From the IMG/VR virus record IMGVR_UViG_3300048929_000433, positions 1-64,000 of that record: a DNA stretch of 64,000 bases; one strand, given 5' to 3'. The translations under genes and the position numbers were made by a program. Shown here piece after piece: positions 49,780 to 59,789 of the stretch; positions within the stretch are counted from its first letter, which is position 1; each line of letters starts with the position of its first letter. Source of the stretch: a virus. Below the pieces are notes generated by a model. It was given only the letters and a program-made list of their open reading frames with translations, was not told the origin of the DNA and made no database searches.

Positions 49780-50768
49780 GCGGGCATGACCTCTGGACAG
49801 CACTGATGCAACGTCACCGGATTCGAACAGGTCAGATACGGCACCAGCGAACGCAGGATGCATTCGGCCGCGAGCACGCCGGGATAGACGCGATCGGGGA
49901 CGCCGGCCGGCTTATCATCGAGGCAGCCCCAATCGAACCAAGCCGGTACCTGGGGCGGCGGCACCTGCGTCTCACAGACATCGCCCGTGCCGACGCCGTC
50001 GAGATAGCTGCGGCTCGGGCACAGTTCGAACGCCATGCCGGTGCAGATGCTGTCATCGCAATTGTCGGGCGGACACGGCTCCTCGGGCACCTCGACGCAC
50101 GGCACATCCTGGTCCGGCCAGATCACGCCATCCTCATCCGGCGGGTCAACGCAGCCCTCCGGCGGCACGTAATAGATCGGTACCAACACCGCGCCGAGCG
50201 GATCGATAATCCAGTTCAGGCCGCACAGATTCTTGATGACACCCATGTTGGCACGGGTCAGTGAAACCGCGATGGCGCGTTTCAGAGCCGCTTCCTGTTC
50301 CGGCGGGTAATTTGGCTCGCAATAGATCGGCCCGCACTCGCCCATCACTTCCAATGGCGACAACGGACCGAGTAGCGACGATCGACAGTGCGAGGCGTAG
50401 CAGTTCTCCCAATTCAACCGCTCCAGATGATAATCCAGCGTCGTCACTGCAGTGTTCGGATTGCTTTCGCGAAACGCCGGCCACAGCGCGTAGTGCACCA
50501 TATGGCGCAGTTTCAACACGGTATAGATCGCGTGCAGCACCATCGACGGGCAGCGCGGATCCTGCAGCAACGGACACTCAGCTGGATTGTCATTGGACTG
50601 GAAATAGCTGATCGCCTGCGCTTTCCAGTAATCCCACAATGGACCCGACGGCAGCAGATTGAAGAACGCGACAAACGTGCAGCACAGATCGTTGCCACAT
50701 AGCGGTGGCGGACAGCAGCTCGGATCGTCGATCGCAGCAACGTTGATGCAGCCGTCAGAACTCAGCAT
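49776..50768 (-). CDS. baseplate protein, Mu gp48/DUF2313-like, unusually Cys-rich (25 Cys in 330 aa)
   Basis: FNLLPSGPLWDYW motif and a position after the J-like protein. Confidence 0.6.
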   Translation of the reverse strand: MLSSDGCINVAAIDDPSCCPPPLCGNDLCCTFVAFFNLLPSGPLWDYWKAQAISYFQSNDNPAECPLLQDPRCPSMVLHAIYTVLKLRHMVHYALWPAFRESNPNTAVTTLDYHLERLNWENCYASHCRSSLLGPLSPLEVMGECGPIYCEPNYPPEQEAALKRAIAVSLTRANMGVIKNLCGLNWIIDPLGAVLVPIYYVPPEGCVDPPDEDGVIWPDQDVPCVEVPEEPCPPDNCDDSICTGMAFELCPSRSYLDGVGTGDVCETQVPPPQVPAWFDWGCLDDKPAGVPDRVYPGVLAAECILRSLVPYLTCSNPVTLHQCCPEVMPA

Positions 50769-51988
50769 GACGTCGACCGATTGTCAGGATTGGGGAAGCG
50801 GATCGTATTGACGCACGGCAGGTAATCGCATTCCGGTTCGAGATCTCCGCACGTCGACACAAAGACCGCATTGCGTTGTTCGGTCGGATCCTCCGGCGAG
50901 ACGATCTCGAAGTAGACGGCAACGTTGGTCTCGGCGCCGACCACCGACGCGACGATCAGTTCAATCTGCCTGACCCGAAGCGGCATCGACGGACAGATGC
51001 GCAGGAACAGCGCGTTGATCTGATCGGCAATGATCTGCTTTTGCGAAGATGACGGGCAGCCCTCGATGTCGATCACGACGTCGACCATCAGCGGCTTTGC
51101 CGCGATGATGCTGCCGCAAACGCCAATCTCGACCTGGCCCTCGCCATAGCCCTGATGCTCGCCGAACAACCAGGTCTCGATATCCTCGCGAAGATTCTCC
51201 GGCGGGATCCCGCACGGGAAAACGCCATCGAACAGCACATAGAATTCCATCCGGTTGCCGCAGTTCTTGCAACCGCAATCGGTGCAGTCGGTGCATTCCG
51301 GATGACAGCGGCAGCACGAACCTTCGCGGACACAGACCCGCGTCGCGCACGGGAATTCCAGGATCTTCTCCTTGATCCAGGCCATCGTTGCCTTCGGCTG
51401 ATACGCCAGCCGCGCCAGGTAGCGCTGCCGAAACTCCTCGCAGGTCTCAGCTGCATGGCCGCCACACATCTGCCCGCCACAGATCGCGACTTCGTCATTG
51501 ATGCCGGCTGCCGGCGTCGTCAGCGTTCCGGTGGTGATCTCGCCGGCCGAATTCATTTCCTCGCCAGGCACTAGCGCCCGGATCCGAATGATTATCTCGC
51601 CCGCGGGCGGGATCTCCAGCGGCACCGTCCCGACCGAGACATAGCTGCCCTGGCTTGTCAGGATTTCCAGCGACGGTGGCACCGGACTGCCCTCGACACC
51701 GGTCAGTTTGGCGTAACCTTCCGAATAGCTCGCCGGCTTGGGAAAGACGCCGTGCTGTGCGGCCATCTTGTAGAGATTGTCGCAGCAAGCCGTCTCCGGA
51801 TTGTTCTCCCGCCACATCTGATCGGCTAGCGCATAGTATTGCTCTGCCATCGCGTAGTCGTTGGCGACGACGTACCATTCGTTGCTCTCGGGAATGATCT
51901 TGCCGCCGCCGAGCACGGTCGATGAGAACATGCTCTGCAGTTGTCCGAACAGAACTTTCGGATCTGGTCGTAGAATGATGCATGACAT
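50762..51988 (-). CDS. baseplate J-like protein (Mu gp47-like) with a Cys-rich insertion
   Basis: Size and synteny. Insertion CVREGSCCRCHPECTDCTDCGCKNCG. Confidence 0.75.
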   Translation of the reverse strand: MSCIILRPDPKVLFGQLQSMFSSTVLGGGKIIPESNEWYVVANDYAMAEQYYALADQMWRENNPETACCDNLYKMAAQHGVFPKPASYSEGYAKLTGVEGSPVPPSLEILTSQGSYVSVGTVPLEIPPAGEIIIRIRALVPGEEMNSAGEITTGTLTTPAAGINDEVAICGGQMCGGHAAETCEEFRQRYLARLAYQPKATMAWIKEKILEFPCATRVCVREGSCCRCHPECTDCTDCGCKNCGNRMEFYVLFDGVFPCGIPPENLREDIETWLFGEHQGYGEGQVEIGVCGSIIAAKPLMVDVVIDIEGCPSSSQKQIIADQINALFLRICPSMPLRVRQIELIVASVVGAETNVAVYFEIVSPEDPTEQRNAVFVSTCGDLEPECDYLPCVNTIRFPNPDNRSTSC

Positions 51989-52000
51989 TACGACTACCCG

Positions 52001-52555
52001 TCAGGTCCAGACCCACGTATCCGAAACGAAAGTGCCGGACAGGTTGAGAACGTGGCGCGCGTTACGCTTGATCGCGATGATGCTCACCTCGACACTATTG
52101 CGACCACGATAGGTCGCGACCACCTCGACCGTGTCGGCGACGCCCTGGATCGTCAGCTTGGCCATGTCGGCCTGGATCGCGGCCTGGATCGCCTTCACCG
52201 AATCCGCGACGCGGATGTAGCTTTTCTCCGCCGCGTTCCACAGCCGCGACCCGATCCAAAGGCCGTCATCGCGGTAGCTTTCCGACCAATGCCCGTAGAC
52301 GGCGGCAGGCGATGGGCAACGCAGATCGGTCCGGGCACGGGTGTTCAAAATGTTCAGGATCAAACTCAGCAGCCAGTCGCTGTTCTTGATCGTGCGCAGC
52401 TCTGGATCGTCACCGGGCGTGTCGACGTATTGCAGCCCTGGAATCGCACATTCGTGGCCGCACAAGACAAATTCGCCGCAGGCTTCCTGCTGGGTGGTCC
52501 AGAAGATCCGGCGCCGGCCGACATTCTGTTCAAGGCAGGGATCGTTGAGCTGCAC
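52001..52555 (-). CDS. baseplate protein, Mu gp46-like (184 aa)
   Basis: Synteny between the V-like and J-like genes. Confidence 0.6.
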   Translation of the reverse strand: MQLNDPCLEQNVGRRRIFWTTQQEACGEFVLCGHECAIPGLQYVDTPGDDPELRTIKNSDWLLSLILNILNTRARTDLRCPSPAAVYGHWSESYRDDGLWIGSRLWNAAEKSYIRVADSVKAIQAAIQADMAKLTIQGVADTVEVVATYRGRNSVEVSIIAIKRNARHVLNLSGTFVSDTWVWT

Positions 52556-52557
52556 GA

Positions 52558-53214
52558 TCAGAAGCCCAGCGACAGCTGATCGTCGAACAGATCCATTTGC
52601 GATGTGATAGCTGTGCCACCACCACCGCCACCGCCGCCTTCATTGTCGTCTTTGGCCTCAGCCTGCTTTGATCCCTTGAACTCCGGCGGATCCTGGCTGC
52701 CGTTCAGATACTCCGGCGAATAGACCTTCTTGTTGACGTACAGCTCGCCGGTCACGATCATCTTGTCGACGCGGAAATAGCTTTCCTTGCCCTTGACCTC
52801 GAACTCACCTTTCTCGCCGACGCCGAACTTGTTCTTGGTCAGGTGCGCCATGTCGTCGGAGAAGTCCAACGCGAACTCATCGTCGGTCGGATGCTGCACG
52901 CCGCCGTGGCCTTCCATCCACCGCCGCTGCTTGTCTTTCGGAATGGTCAGCAGCGCCATTTTCAGCGTGGTGTCGGAAGAACCGGCCAACAACATGACCT
53001 CGGTGTTGAACTTCTCCTTCACGTTGAAAGAGACGCCGCCGATATTGAGCACCGCCGCTTCCTGATCCTCGGTATCGGTGCCGCGCACCTTGATGATGCT
53101 GCCGGCGCTTTTGATATATTCCTGCTTGCCCCAAACGTGACGCTCGGTACCGTCCTGCATATCGCGGGTACGATCGCGGAAGCTCTTGAACGTCGTCATG
53201 TGTTCTCTCCCCAC
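52558..53214 (-). CDS. baseplate assembly protein V / spike-like (218 aa)
   Basis: Synteny; Gly-rich C-terminal stretch. Confidence 0.65.
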   Translation of the reverse strand: MGREHMTTFKSFRDRTRDMQDGTERHVWGKQEYIKSAGSIIKVRGTDTEDQEAAVLNIGGVSFNVKEKFNTEVMLLAGSSDTTLKMALLTIPKDKQRRWMEGHGGVQHPTDDEFALDFSDDMAHLTKNKFGVGEKGEFEVKGKESYFRVDKMIVTGELYVNKKVYSPEYLNGSQDPPEFKGSKQAEAKDDNEGGGGGGGGTAITSQMDLFDDQLSLGF

Positions 53215-54554
53215 CAGGGCGGCAACGTCAGCGGCGGCGGCTTCGGTTTCGGCTCAATCACGTCGGCCACCACCTTTGCGGCAGCCTCGACCAGGGTCAT
53301 CAACGGCAGTTCGCTCAACATCGGCGGCGACCATGGCGCCGGATAGGAATCATCCGACAGCGTCACGCCGGCCTGGCTGCGGCGTGCATTGCCGATCGTC
53401 ATCGGAAGGCTGGCGAGACCGAACCCGCCCCCGCCACCCCCTCCGCTACCGCCCGCACCGCCGGAGGGCGGCGGTGACAGGGTCAGTGTCGTCTTTAAAG
53501 TGTCCTTGGCATTCGCCGTGTAGGTCAGCTCGGTGCATTCGAACATGTCGAAGATGCCTTCCGGCGGCACCTCTACGTAATGCGTATTGCCGATATCCCA
53601 GGGCGCTCCCGATGGTGTCTGAACGTGAAACACCTCGATGGTGATCTTCTTGGCCGCCGCGCTGCGCTTGTTCATCTCGAACCGGCCGCGCCGTTCCAGC
53701 GCTTCATCGGTGGCGTCGCCGTTATGCTGTACGTTCAGCGGCACCTTGTCCTTGACGAAACTTGAATCCTTGATCTCCTTGAAGGTCTTGAGCAGTGCAT
53801 CCTCGCCCCATTTTTTCTTTTCGCTGCGCTGGCCTTTGACCTTGACCTCACTCTTGGCATCTTCCTCGTTTTGCTCTGCCGAGAACGTCAGAATATTTTG
53901 TCCAAGGATAAGAGGATCACCGCCGCCGCCATCAGCAGAGCCGACGCCGTCAGTAACTCGCAATTTTCCATCGCGGGTCTCATACATGAAGTAGGCGTTC
54001 TCGATGGCCACCCGGTGCAACTCATCCACCACACGGCCACCGTCTCGCAGCCGAACCTTGTCGAGCTTGATCTCCTTGGCCTTCCATTCCAGCTGTTGCT
54101 TGAACGGCTCGATCAGCTTTTCGGTAATCTTCTTGGTGGTCGGTTTCAGCTCATTGGTGGTCGGATGCTGATGGCTAGCATCGATCAATCGTTTGGTCTT
54201 GCCGCGAGCGGACAGTTTGATGGTGTATTCGTTCGGTCCGATGTTGACCGACATCGAGGTTGAGCCCTTGGTTTCCTGGCTCTCGGTATCGGTGCCACCT
54301 TCCGGATTCTCGCCCTTGTTCGCCCCGGTCCCTTGCCGCTTGTCGACCGTGCCGGTGAACGCCAGCTGGCCGGCAATATAGCATTGGATCTCGGCGCCGG
54401 CCTTGGCGCTGCGTGCGATCGGCGCCGACGGCATCGCGCCGGCAAAGATCGTCACCTCCAGCGAACCGGTCAACTCCTCCTTGCTGCGCTGCAAGGTCAT
54501 TTCGGTCCAGGTCGTCAGTTCCTGGCCGCCAACCAAGATAACTACCGGCTTCAT
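53196..54554 (-). CDS. baseplate hub / late control D-like protein (Mu gp44-like, 452 aa)
   Basis: Synteny and size. Confidence 0.7.
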   Translation of the reverse strand: MKPVVILVGGQELTTWTEMTLQRSKEELTGSLEVTIFAGAMPSAPIARSAKAGAEIQCYIAGQLAFTGTVDKRQGTGANKGENPEGGTDTESQETKGSTSMSVNIGPNEYTIKLSARGKTKRLIDASHQHPTTNELKPTTKKITEKLIEPFKQQLEWKAKEIKLDKVRLRDGGRVVDELHRVAIENAYFMYETRDGKLRVTDGVGSADGGGGDPLILGQNILTFSAEQNEEDAKSEVKVKGQRSEKKKWGEDALLKTFKEIKDSSFVKDKVPLNVQHNGDATDEALERRGRFEMNKRSAAAKKITIEVFHVQTPSGAPWDIGNTHYVEVPPEGIFDMFECTELTYTANAKDTLKTTLTLSPPPSGGAGGSGGGGGGGFGLASLPMTIGNARRSQAGVTLSDDSYPAPWSPPMLSELPLMTLVEAAAKVVADVIEPKPKPPPLTLPPWWGENT

Positions 54555-55744
54555 GTCGGCGCGATACCGACCACCAGCGGGTTGAAGCGGCCGTTGGCGT
54601 CGACCTTGTTGCGCGTCTCCAGCTCGCGATGCCGGGTCGCATCATTGTAGATCGTGTAGGCCGCGACCAGCGGATGCACGCCACCGGAAAAATCGACCAG
54701 GACCAATCCGGGCAGCCGGTAGGCCAGGTCATTCATCATCTGCGTGAACTGAACCGCGTAGCTACGGATCTCCAGGAACAGTGCGTTGTCGCAAGCGTTG
54801 TAAGCGGCCTGCGCCTCATCGGACAGCACCGCAAGAGTTGCATCCAATGCCGCCAGTGCTTGATCGACATAGGCGTAGGTCCGTGACATTGCCGCTTCGG
54901 CCATGCCGATAGCCGCCAGGACACGATGGCGGCTTAGCACCGCTTCCTCACTCTCGACGGCAGCCCCTGCCGGCAGAGCCGAGGAAGCGGTCGCGGCATT
55001 GGCCAGCCGACGCATGATCCGAAAGATGTCGTCAGGATTGTCGACATAAAGCGGAATGGTATTGAAGCCATTGCTCAAGGCGCGATCGACATTGACGCCG
55101 ATGCTCGCCAAACCGTCGTCAGTTGCGATCTCCTCCATTCGCAACACGTCGCGGTGTTCAGACAACGGCGCGTCCGGAGGTAGCACCTGCCTGGTCGTGG
55201 CGGTGACGATCGTGACCAGCCGCTGCGCGGTATCGATAACGTCGCCGCGCCAGGGTTGACTGACCGTAGCCGGATGATAGTCGCGCAGGAAACTGGTCTG
55301 CGATGTCGCATTCAGCGCCGACGAAATCATCCCGAACAGGATGCCACCGAGTCCGGTACCGACCGGGTTGGCCTCAACAAATTCCAGCTCGGCGGTGCTC
55401 TCGCCTTGCGCTTCCTCCAACTTGTCGGAAACCTTGACGCTGCGACAGGCTACCAGGTGCGTGCCGCGTGTCGGATGCACCAGCATGCCGGGCTGCGGTG
55501 ACTCGCACGCCGCGAACAACGCACTGGAATCGCCGACGTGATTATCCTCGCGGAAATACGCCGTCAGGTGAAACACCCGGATCTTGCGACCGAGATCAGC
55601 GTAGGCGGTATCCTCACCAAACGGGAATTCGCCTTCGGCACCGCGCCGGCCGCCCTCGATATCAGCTTCGGTGCAGTAGAACGTCACGCCCTTGAATGAG
55701 GCCGGGACGACGTCCTTGCCGATCGCGCAGTTGTGGCGAGACAT
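54551..55744 (-). CDS. DNA circulation (Mu N/gp43-like) protein
   Basis: N-terminus FKGVTFYCTEADIEGGRRGAEGEFPFGEDTAYADLGRK is typical of this family. Located directly after the tape measure gene. Confidence 0.75.
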   Translation of the reverse strand: MSRHNCAIGKDVVPASFKGVTFYCTEADIEGGRRGAEGEFPFGEDTAYADLGRKIRVFHLTAYFREDNHVGDSSALFAACESPQPGMLVHPTRGTHLVACRSVKVSDKLEEAQGESTAELEFVEANPVGTGLGGILFGMISSALNATSQTSFLRDYHPATVSQPWRGDVIDTAQRLVTIVTATTRQVLPPDAPLSEHRDVLRMEEIATDDGLASIGVNVDRALSNGFNTIPLYVDNPDDIFRIMRRLANAATASSALPAGAAVESEEAVLSRHRVLAAIGMAEAAMSRTYAYVDQALAALDATLAVLSDEAQAAYNACDNALFLEIRSYAVQFTQMMNDLAYRLPGLVLVDFSGGVHPLVAAYTIYNDATRHRELETRNKVDANGRFNPLVVGIAPT

Positions 55745-58506
55745 TACTTGTTACCGTTGGCGTTGTTGATGTTGCCCTTGTCGCCGCCACCGCCGCTCTG
55801 GTTGACGTTGACATTGACATTCAGGTTGGACACCGCGGCCTGAATCGCCGATGCCGCGGCCTGCCCGATCGAGGCCCCGATGCCGGGTGCGGCGCCTTGC
55901 AAAGTCGAGGCGGCAATCTGTCCGCTGCTGCCGATCGCCTGCGCACCGGTCGCAAACACCGTTGAAAATGTGCCGGTCGTCGACAACAGTGTGTTGGCCG
56001 CGCCCTGGATTTGCATGCCGCCGGAATTCATCGCCGCCCCCATCGCTTCCGAGGCGGTTGAGATGGCGGATGGATCAGGCCACTGTGTTTCCGGTTTGCC
56101 GCCGATCGGCTCTGGCGTTGCTTTCCAGTCCGGCGGCAGCTGCGCTTTCTTCAACTCCGCGATGGCGCCGGCAACCCAATTCGGCTGCTGCTGCTCTGCT
56201 GGTGGCTGTTGCTGCACCTGCCGCACCGCATCTTCCCACCGCGCACCGGCCTGCCATGAATTGATAGCCGCGCTTAGTTGCGCAATCTCGCTACGCAGCG
56301 TTTCCTTTTCGGCTTCGACCTGGTCCGGATAAGTCGGTTGAAACTTGTCGAACGGTGTTTCGGCCTTCGGTGCAATTCGCTGCGCTTCGAGATCAGCCAG
56401 CTGCTTGGTTTTGTTGTGCAGATCGAGTTGGGCATAGGCCAGCGATAGCGTGCTCTCCTCAGCCTTCTTGGCCGCATCAGCCGTGTCAGACAGTCCAGGC
56501 GTCTCAGTGATGCCGGTGGCAAGCGGGATCGCCAGCGGTACCGCAATGGCCGCGCCGACCTTGGCGCCTTGCTTGACGTAATCCATCACAGTTTTGGCAG
56601 GCGTTTTCTTCATGCCGTCCGGTGCACCAGGAAGGCCACCCGCTGCACCCAAGCGCGCGGCAGCTGCCGTCAATGCCGCCGCTGAACCGGTCAATGCGGT
56701 ACCCGCGCCGGTCAACGCGACAACCGGCGCTGCAATCGCGCTGGCAACGGCAGCGGTAAGAGCGGTCGTCACCGCTGCACCGAACACTAGCGCGCCCTTT
56801 TGATCCGGCGTCGTCGGTTCACCACGGAAAATATTGGTGAGGCCTTGCATGATACCGGTGGCGGCCTTCGAACTCATCGCGAGTTCGCCGATCGAACCTG
56901 ACGCATCGCCCACGGCAGTCTTGAGATTCTCCCACATGATAGCGGGATTTTCCGCCACCAATTTTCCAGTCTCAGCCGTGCCTGGCTGGATACCCGCTTG
57001 AGCCTTTTGCCGATTCCATTGCTCGGCACCAAGCATCAGCTGGTTCAGCTGGTTCAGTGCGGTCTGCGGCAGACTAGGCAGTATCCTGCCAAGAACACCG
57101 ACGCGTTCAGTTTGCTCAGCCTGCTTACGGCGAGCATCCTTTTCTTCCTCCGTCCCGGCTGTGCCAACAACCGTTTCAATACGTTTTTGCGTTTCCTTCT
57201 TTTTGAGATGCTTCTCTACATCTCCGGAAAACTCATCGAGGATCCACTTAGACGGATTGCCCAATAGTTCAGGCAGGTTTTTAACCGTTCCGGTGGAAGG
57301 CAGAACGTTGCCTTTGGCGTCCAACTTCGGATTTTGCAGGATCCCGCGGTCCCGCAGCACGTTGTTCAATTTCTTGTTGTCGACCACACCCTGCAGTGCA
57401 CGCTGCAATCGGAACGTCTCGTTGCCAACGCGCTGCCCAAGATCGCCAGCCTGAACCAAGGTCTGCGCGATAGCCTCCGGATCCAGCGTGTATCCCGATG
57501 TTTTCAATCCGGCGATGGTGGTTCGAACGGTCTCAGGCTTTAGCTCTGGATTGACCGCCAGGGCCATCGCCACACCCTTGGTGTAGCGCTTGTAATCCGC
57601 ACTAAGCTCGCCTGAATCGTCCACAATTTCCGTCGTCGCGATGTTGGCAGCTTTGACAATCTTCTTGAGCCCCTCGCGACCTTGCTCCGGACTAAAGGTC
57701 GGATTGCGCGCCATAATGCCAGGATAGATATTGTTCTGCAGATCCCTGGCGACCATCTCAGCGTTGCGACGCGTTTCCGCGGGGGTCTTGCCGGCGACAT
57801 CGCCTTGGATCTCATTGATGAATTGATCCATGACGTTCTTGGGAAACGCAATTGGCGCACCTCTGTACGCTGGTCCTTTCTCCGCAGCTATGCGAGCTGA
57901 CTCCGCTCGCTGCGCCTCCGTTGTCATCGCCTTGGTTTGCAAATCAGTACGCGAGCGATCGTAGCCGGCTTCGGCAACTTTCTTGAGTGCCGCAGCTGCG
58001 CCGTAGGCCGCCAAAGACAGCGCGCCGAAACTGGTTTCGAGCCGGCTGACCCCGGAAATGCCACCACCGGCGCCAGCTCCGGTAATCATCGCACCGGCCG
58101 CTGTGCGACCACCACGCCGCCGCGGCGGTACGGCGCCCCCTGCCGGCGTGACCGGCACCGGACGCGGCGCACGCGGTGCGCGCATGCCGCCACTGACATT
58201 GACATTGATCGGCGCGCGCGCCGCTGCCCGCAAGGCAGCGATGTCGCGCCGTGCCTTGGCAAGGCCGGCATCGTTGACGTTCAGAGTCAGTCTTTGGCTG
58301 CGCAGCACCGCGATATTGCGTGCCAGCGTATTGAGTTGCTTGTTAGCTGCGGTCAGTCCGCGGGCATCGACGTTGATACCAACCCGGATCGACTTGAGTG
58401 ATTTGGCAGTCGCGAACAGCTTCTTGAGCGCAGCGTTGATCTTGCTGATCTGCGCCGTGCTCTGGTCGTTGACCCTGAGTGTTGCTTGTTCGACGAATGA
58501 TGCCAT
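55744..58506 (-). CDS. tail tape measure protein (920 aa)
   Basis: Longest ORF, Ala/Gly/Gln-rich and helical, located between the chaperone and baseplate genes. Confidence 0.9.
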   Translation of the reverse strand: MASFVEQATLRVNDQSTAQISKINAALKKLFATAKSLKSIRVGINVDARGLTAANKQLNTLARNIAVLRSQRLTLNVNDAGLAKARRDIAALRAAARAPINVNVSGGMRAPRAPRPVPVTPAGGAVPPRRRGGRTAAGAMITGAGAGGGISGVSRLETSFGALSLAAYGAAAALKKVAEAGYDRSRTDLQTKAMTTEAQRAESARIAAEKGPAYRGAPIAFPKNVMDQFINEIQGDVAGKTPAETRRNAEMVARDLQNNIYPGIMARNPTFSPEQGREGLKKIVKAANIATTEIVDDSGELSADYKRYTKGVAMALAVNPELKPETVRTTIAGLKTSGYTLDPEAIAQTLVQAGDLGQRVGNETFRLQRALQGVVDNKKLNNVLRDRGILQNPKLDAKGNVLPSTGTVKNLPELLGNPSKWILDEFSGDVEKHLKKKETQKRIETVVGTAGTEEEKDARRKQAEQTERVGVLGRILPSLPQTALNQLNQLMLGAEQWNRQKAQAGIQPGTAETGKLVAENPAIMWENLKTAVGDASGSIGELAMSSKAATGIMQGLTNIFRGEPTTPDQKGALVFGAAVTTALTAAVASAIAAPVVALTGAGTALTGSAAALTAAAARLGAAGGLPGAPDGMKKTPAKTVMDYVKQGAKVGAAIAVPLAIPLATGITETPGLSDTADAAKKAEESTLSLAYAQLDLHNKTKQLADLEAQRIAPKAETPFDKFQPTYPDQVEAEKETLRSEIAQLSAAINSWQAGARWEDAVRQVQQQPPAEQQQPNWVAGAIAELKKAQLPPDWKATPEPIGGKPETQWPDPSAISTASEAMGAAMNSGGMQIQGAANTLLSTTGTFSTVFATGAQAIGSSGQIAASTLQGAAPGIGASIGQAAASAIQAAVSNLNVNVNVNQSGGGGDKGNINNANGNK

Positions 58507-58806
58507 TTACCTTGGTTTTCCTCCGGCGAGTATCATTCGGTTTTTCATCTCGAACCCATGAATCTTCTGGAAATTCATGATGCGAAAAGTCAGCTGCCTG
58601 ATGTTGAGTGACCTTACGTCGCCAGCCGACGCCGAATAGTAGCGATAATGCTCGACAGCTTCGGCTACTCGTCTGGCGACTCCAGAAAACGCGGCAGAAT
58701 CTCGTTCATGATAAAGACGCCGTCGGAAATCGTGATGGCGTCCAACGCCCAGGTAGGCAACGCCGTCAGCGAAGTGCCGAGCGGCTTGCCGAGTTTTTTC
58801 ACCAGC
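58507..58806 (-). other. -1 frame extension of the tail assembly chaperone (G/GT-type programmed frameshift product)
   Basis: The -1 frame opens 2 codons before the A6 run (coding strand; T6 at 58794-58799). It stays open for 99 codons and stops (TAA 58507-58509) 1 nt before the tape measure ATG. Confidence 0.65.
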
Positions 58807-59297
58807 TCAACGGCCTGCAACACGCCGTTATCGGCCGCCATGACATCCTCGATATCGCCGTAGGTGCTGGCGTGAAACTCCAGCTCGGTGATCGCTGGCT
58901 TGCCGGCGCCGGTCGGGATTGGCGTACCCAGCTCGTAGGTGATCGCCTTGTCGATGCCGTCGCCATCGCGAACGATCTTGCCGACCGGCGCTTCATTGGC
59001 GTCAAGCCGGGCAATGATGCTGCGCGCGTCTGCAATCGACAGCTTCGGAATGTCCAGGACGCCGACCGGCATCACCGTGCCGTTGATGTAATACTGCACC
59101 TGCCTGGCCATCCGCACCCGCCGCATGCGCGCCAGCCAGGCCTCCGGCTCTTTCATACCTTGCGCTTCGGCGACCACTTTCGAAAACGTCTGGAACGTCA
59201 TCGGCCGCACTACCGCGCCGTCGATGACGTTGTCGCCAAGCTGGAATGAGATCGGAATCTTCTCCAGCTTGGTACCGTTTGCTTTTCCCTCTGCCAT
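58665..59297 (-). CDS. tail assembly chaperone (zero-frame product, 210 aa)
   Basis: Located between the tube and tape measure genes, with a 158-nt apparent gap downstream that is explained by the frameshift extension. Confidence 0.75.
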   Translation of the reverse strand: MAEGKANGTKLEKIPISFQLGDNVIDGAVVRPMTFQTFSKVVAEAQGMKEPEAWLARMRRVRMARQVQYYINGTVMPVGVLDIPKLSIADARSIIARLDANEAPVGKIVRDGDGIDKAITYELGTPIPTGAGKPAITELEFHASTYGDIEDVMAADNGVLQAVELVKKLGKPLGTSLTALPTWALDAITISDGVFIMNEILPRFLESPDE

Positions 59298-59307
59298 GAC
59301 GCCGCTC

Positions 59308-59754
59308 CTATGCCGCCACGGCGAAGGTCGGCGTAATCGGATTCTCGGTCGAGTCCAGCGTGCCCTGCGGCAGCATTTCGTCGATCTCCTTGAATGTGAT
59401 CGTCATGGTCACTTCATGGGTGTCGGACTTTTCGTCACCGGTCCCGGTGCCTTTGACGCCGGAATAAACCAGGCCGTTGTAGTATTCGACCTGCAGGTTG
59501 ACGTCGCTGCAGCCCTGATACATTGCCAGCGGGATCCTGATATCCCGGATGACCTTGATCTCGACCTCCGGGTTGGTTGGCTGCCGTTTGACATAACCTT
59601 GCGGCAGCGGATCATTGTTGTAAGGGCACAGCCGCCAGGTCGGCAGATCTTCCGAACTCAGCTTGTGCGCAATCGGACCATAGACGGCGTCAGTGTCGCA
59701 GTCCTTGAAGGTGAGCAGAATGTTTTTGACGCCTACCTGATTCTCGCAAGTCAT
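59308..59754 (-). CDS. tail tube protein (148 aa)
   Basis: Size and position after the sheath gene. Confidence 0.72.
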   Translation of the reverse strand: MTCENQVGVKNILLTFKDCDTDAVYGPIAHKLSSEDLPTWRLCPYNNDPLPQGYVKRQPTNPEVEIKVIRDIRIPLAMYQGCSDVNLQVEYYNGLVYSGVKGTGTGDEKSDTHEVTMTITFKEIDEMLPQGTLDSTENPITPTFAVAA

Positions 59755-59789
59755 GGGGGTCTACTCCTTTCTGTCTGTCAGGCGGGACG

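Noticed and set aside
58501-58525. hix/gix-like half-site AAAACCAAGG near the tape measure start
   Set aside because: Only one half matches. There is no second inverted site and no invertible-segment structure near the fibre genes.
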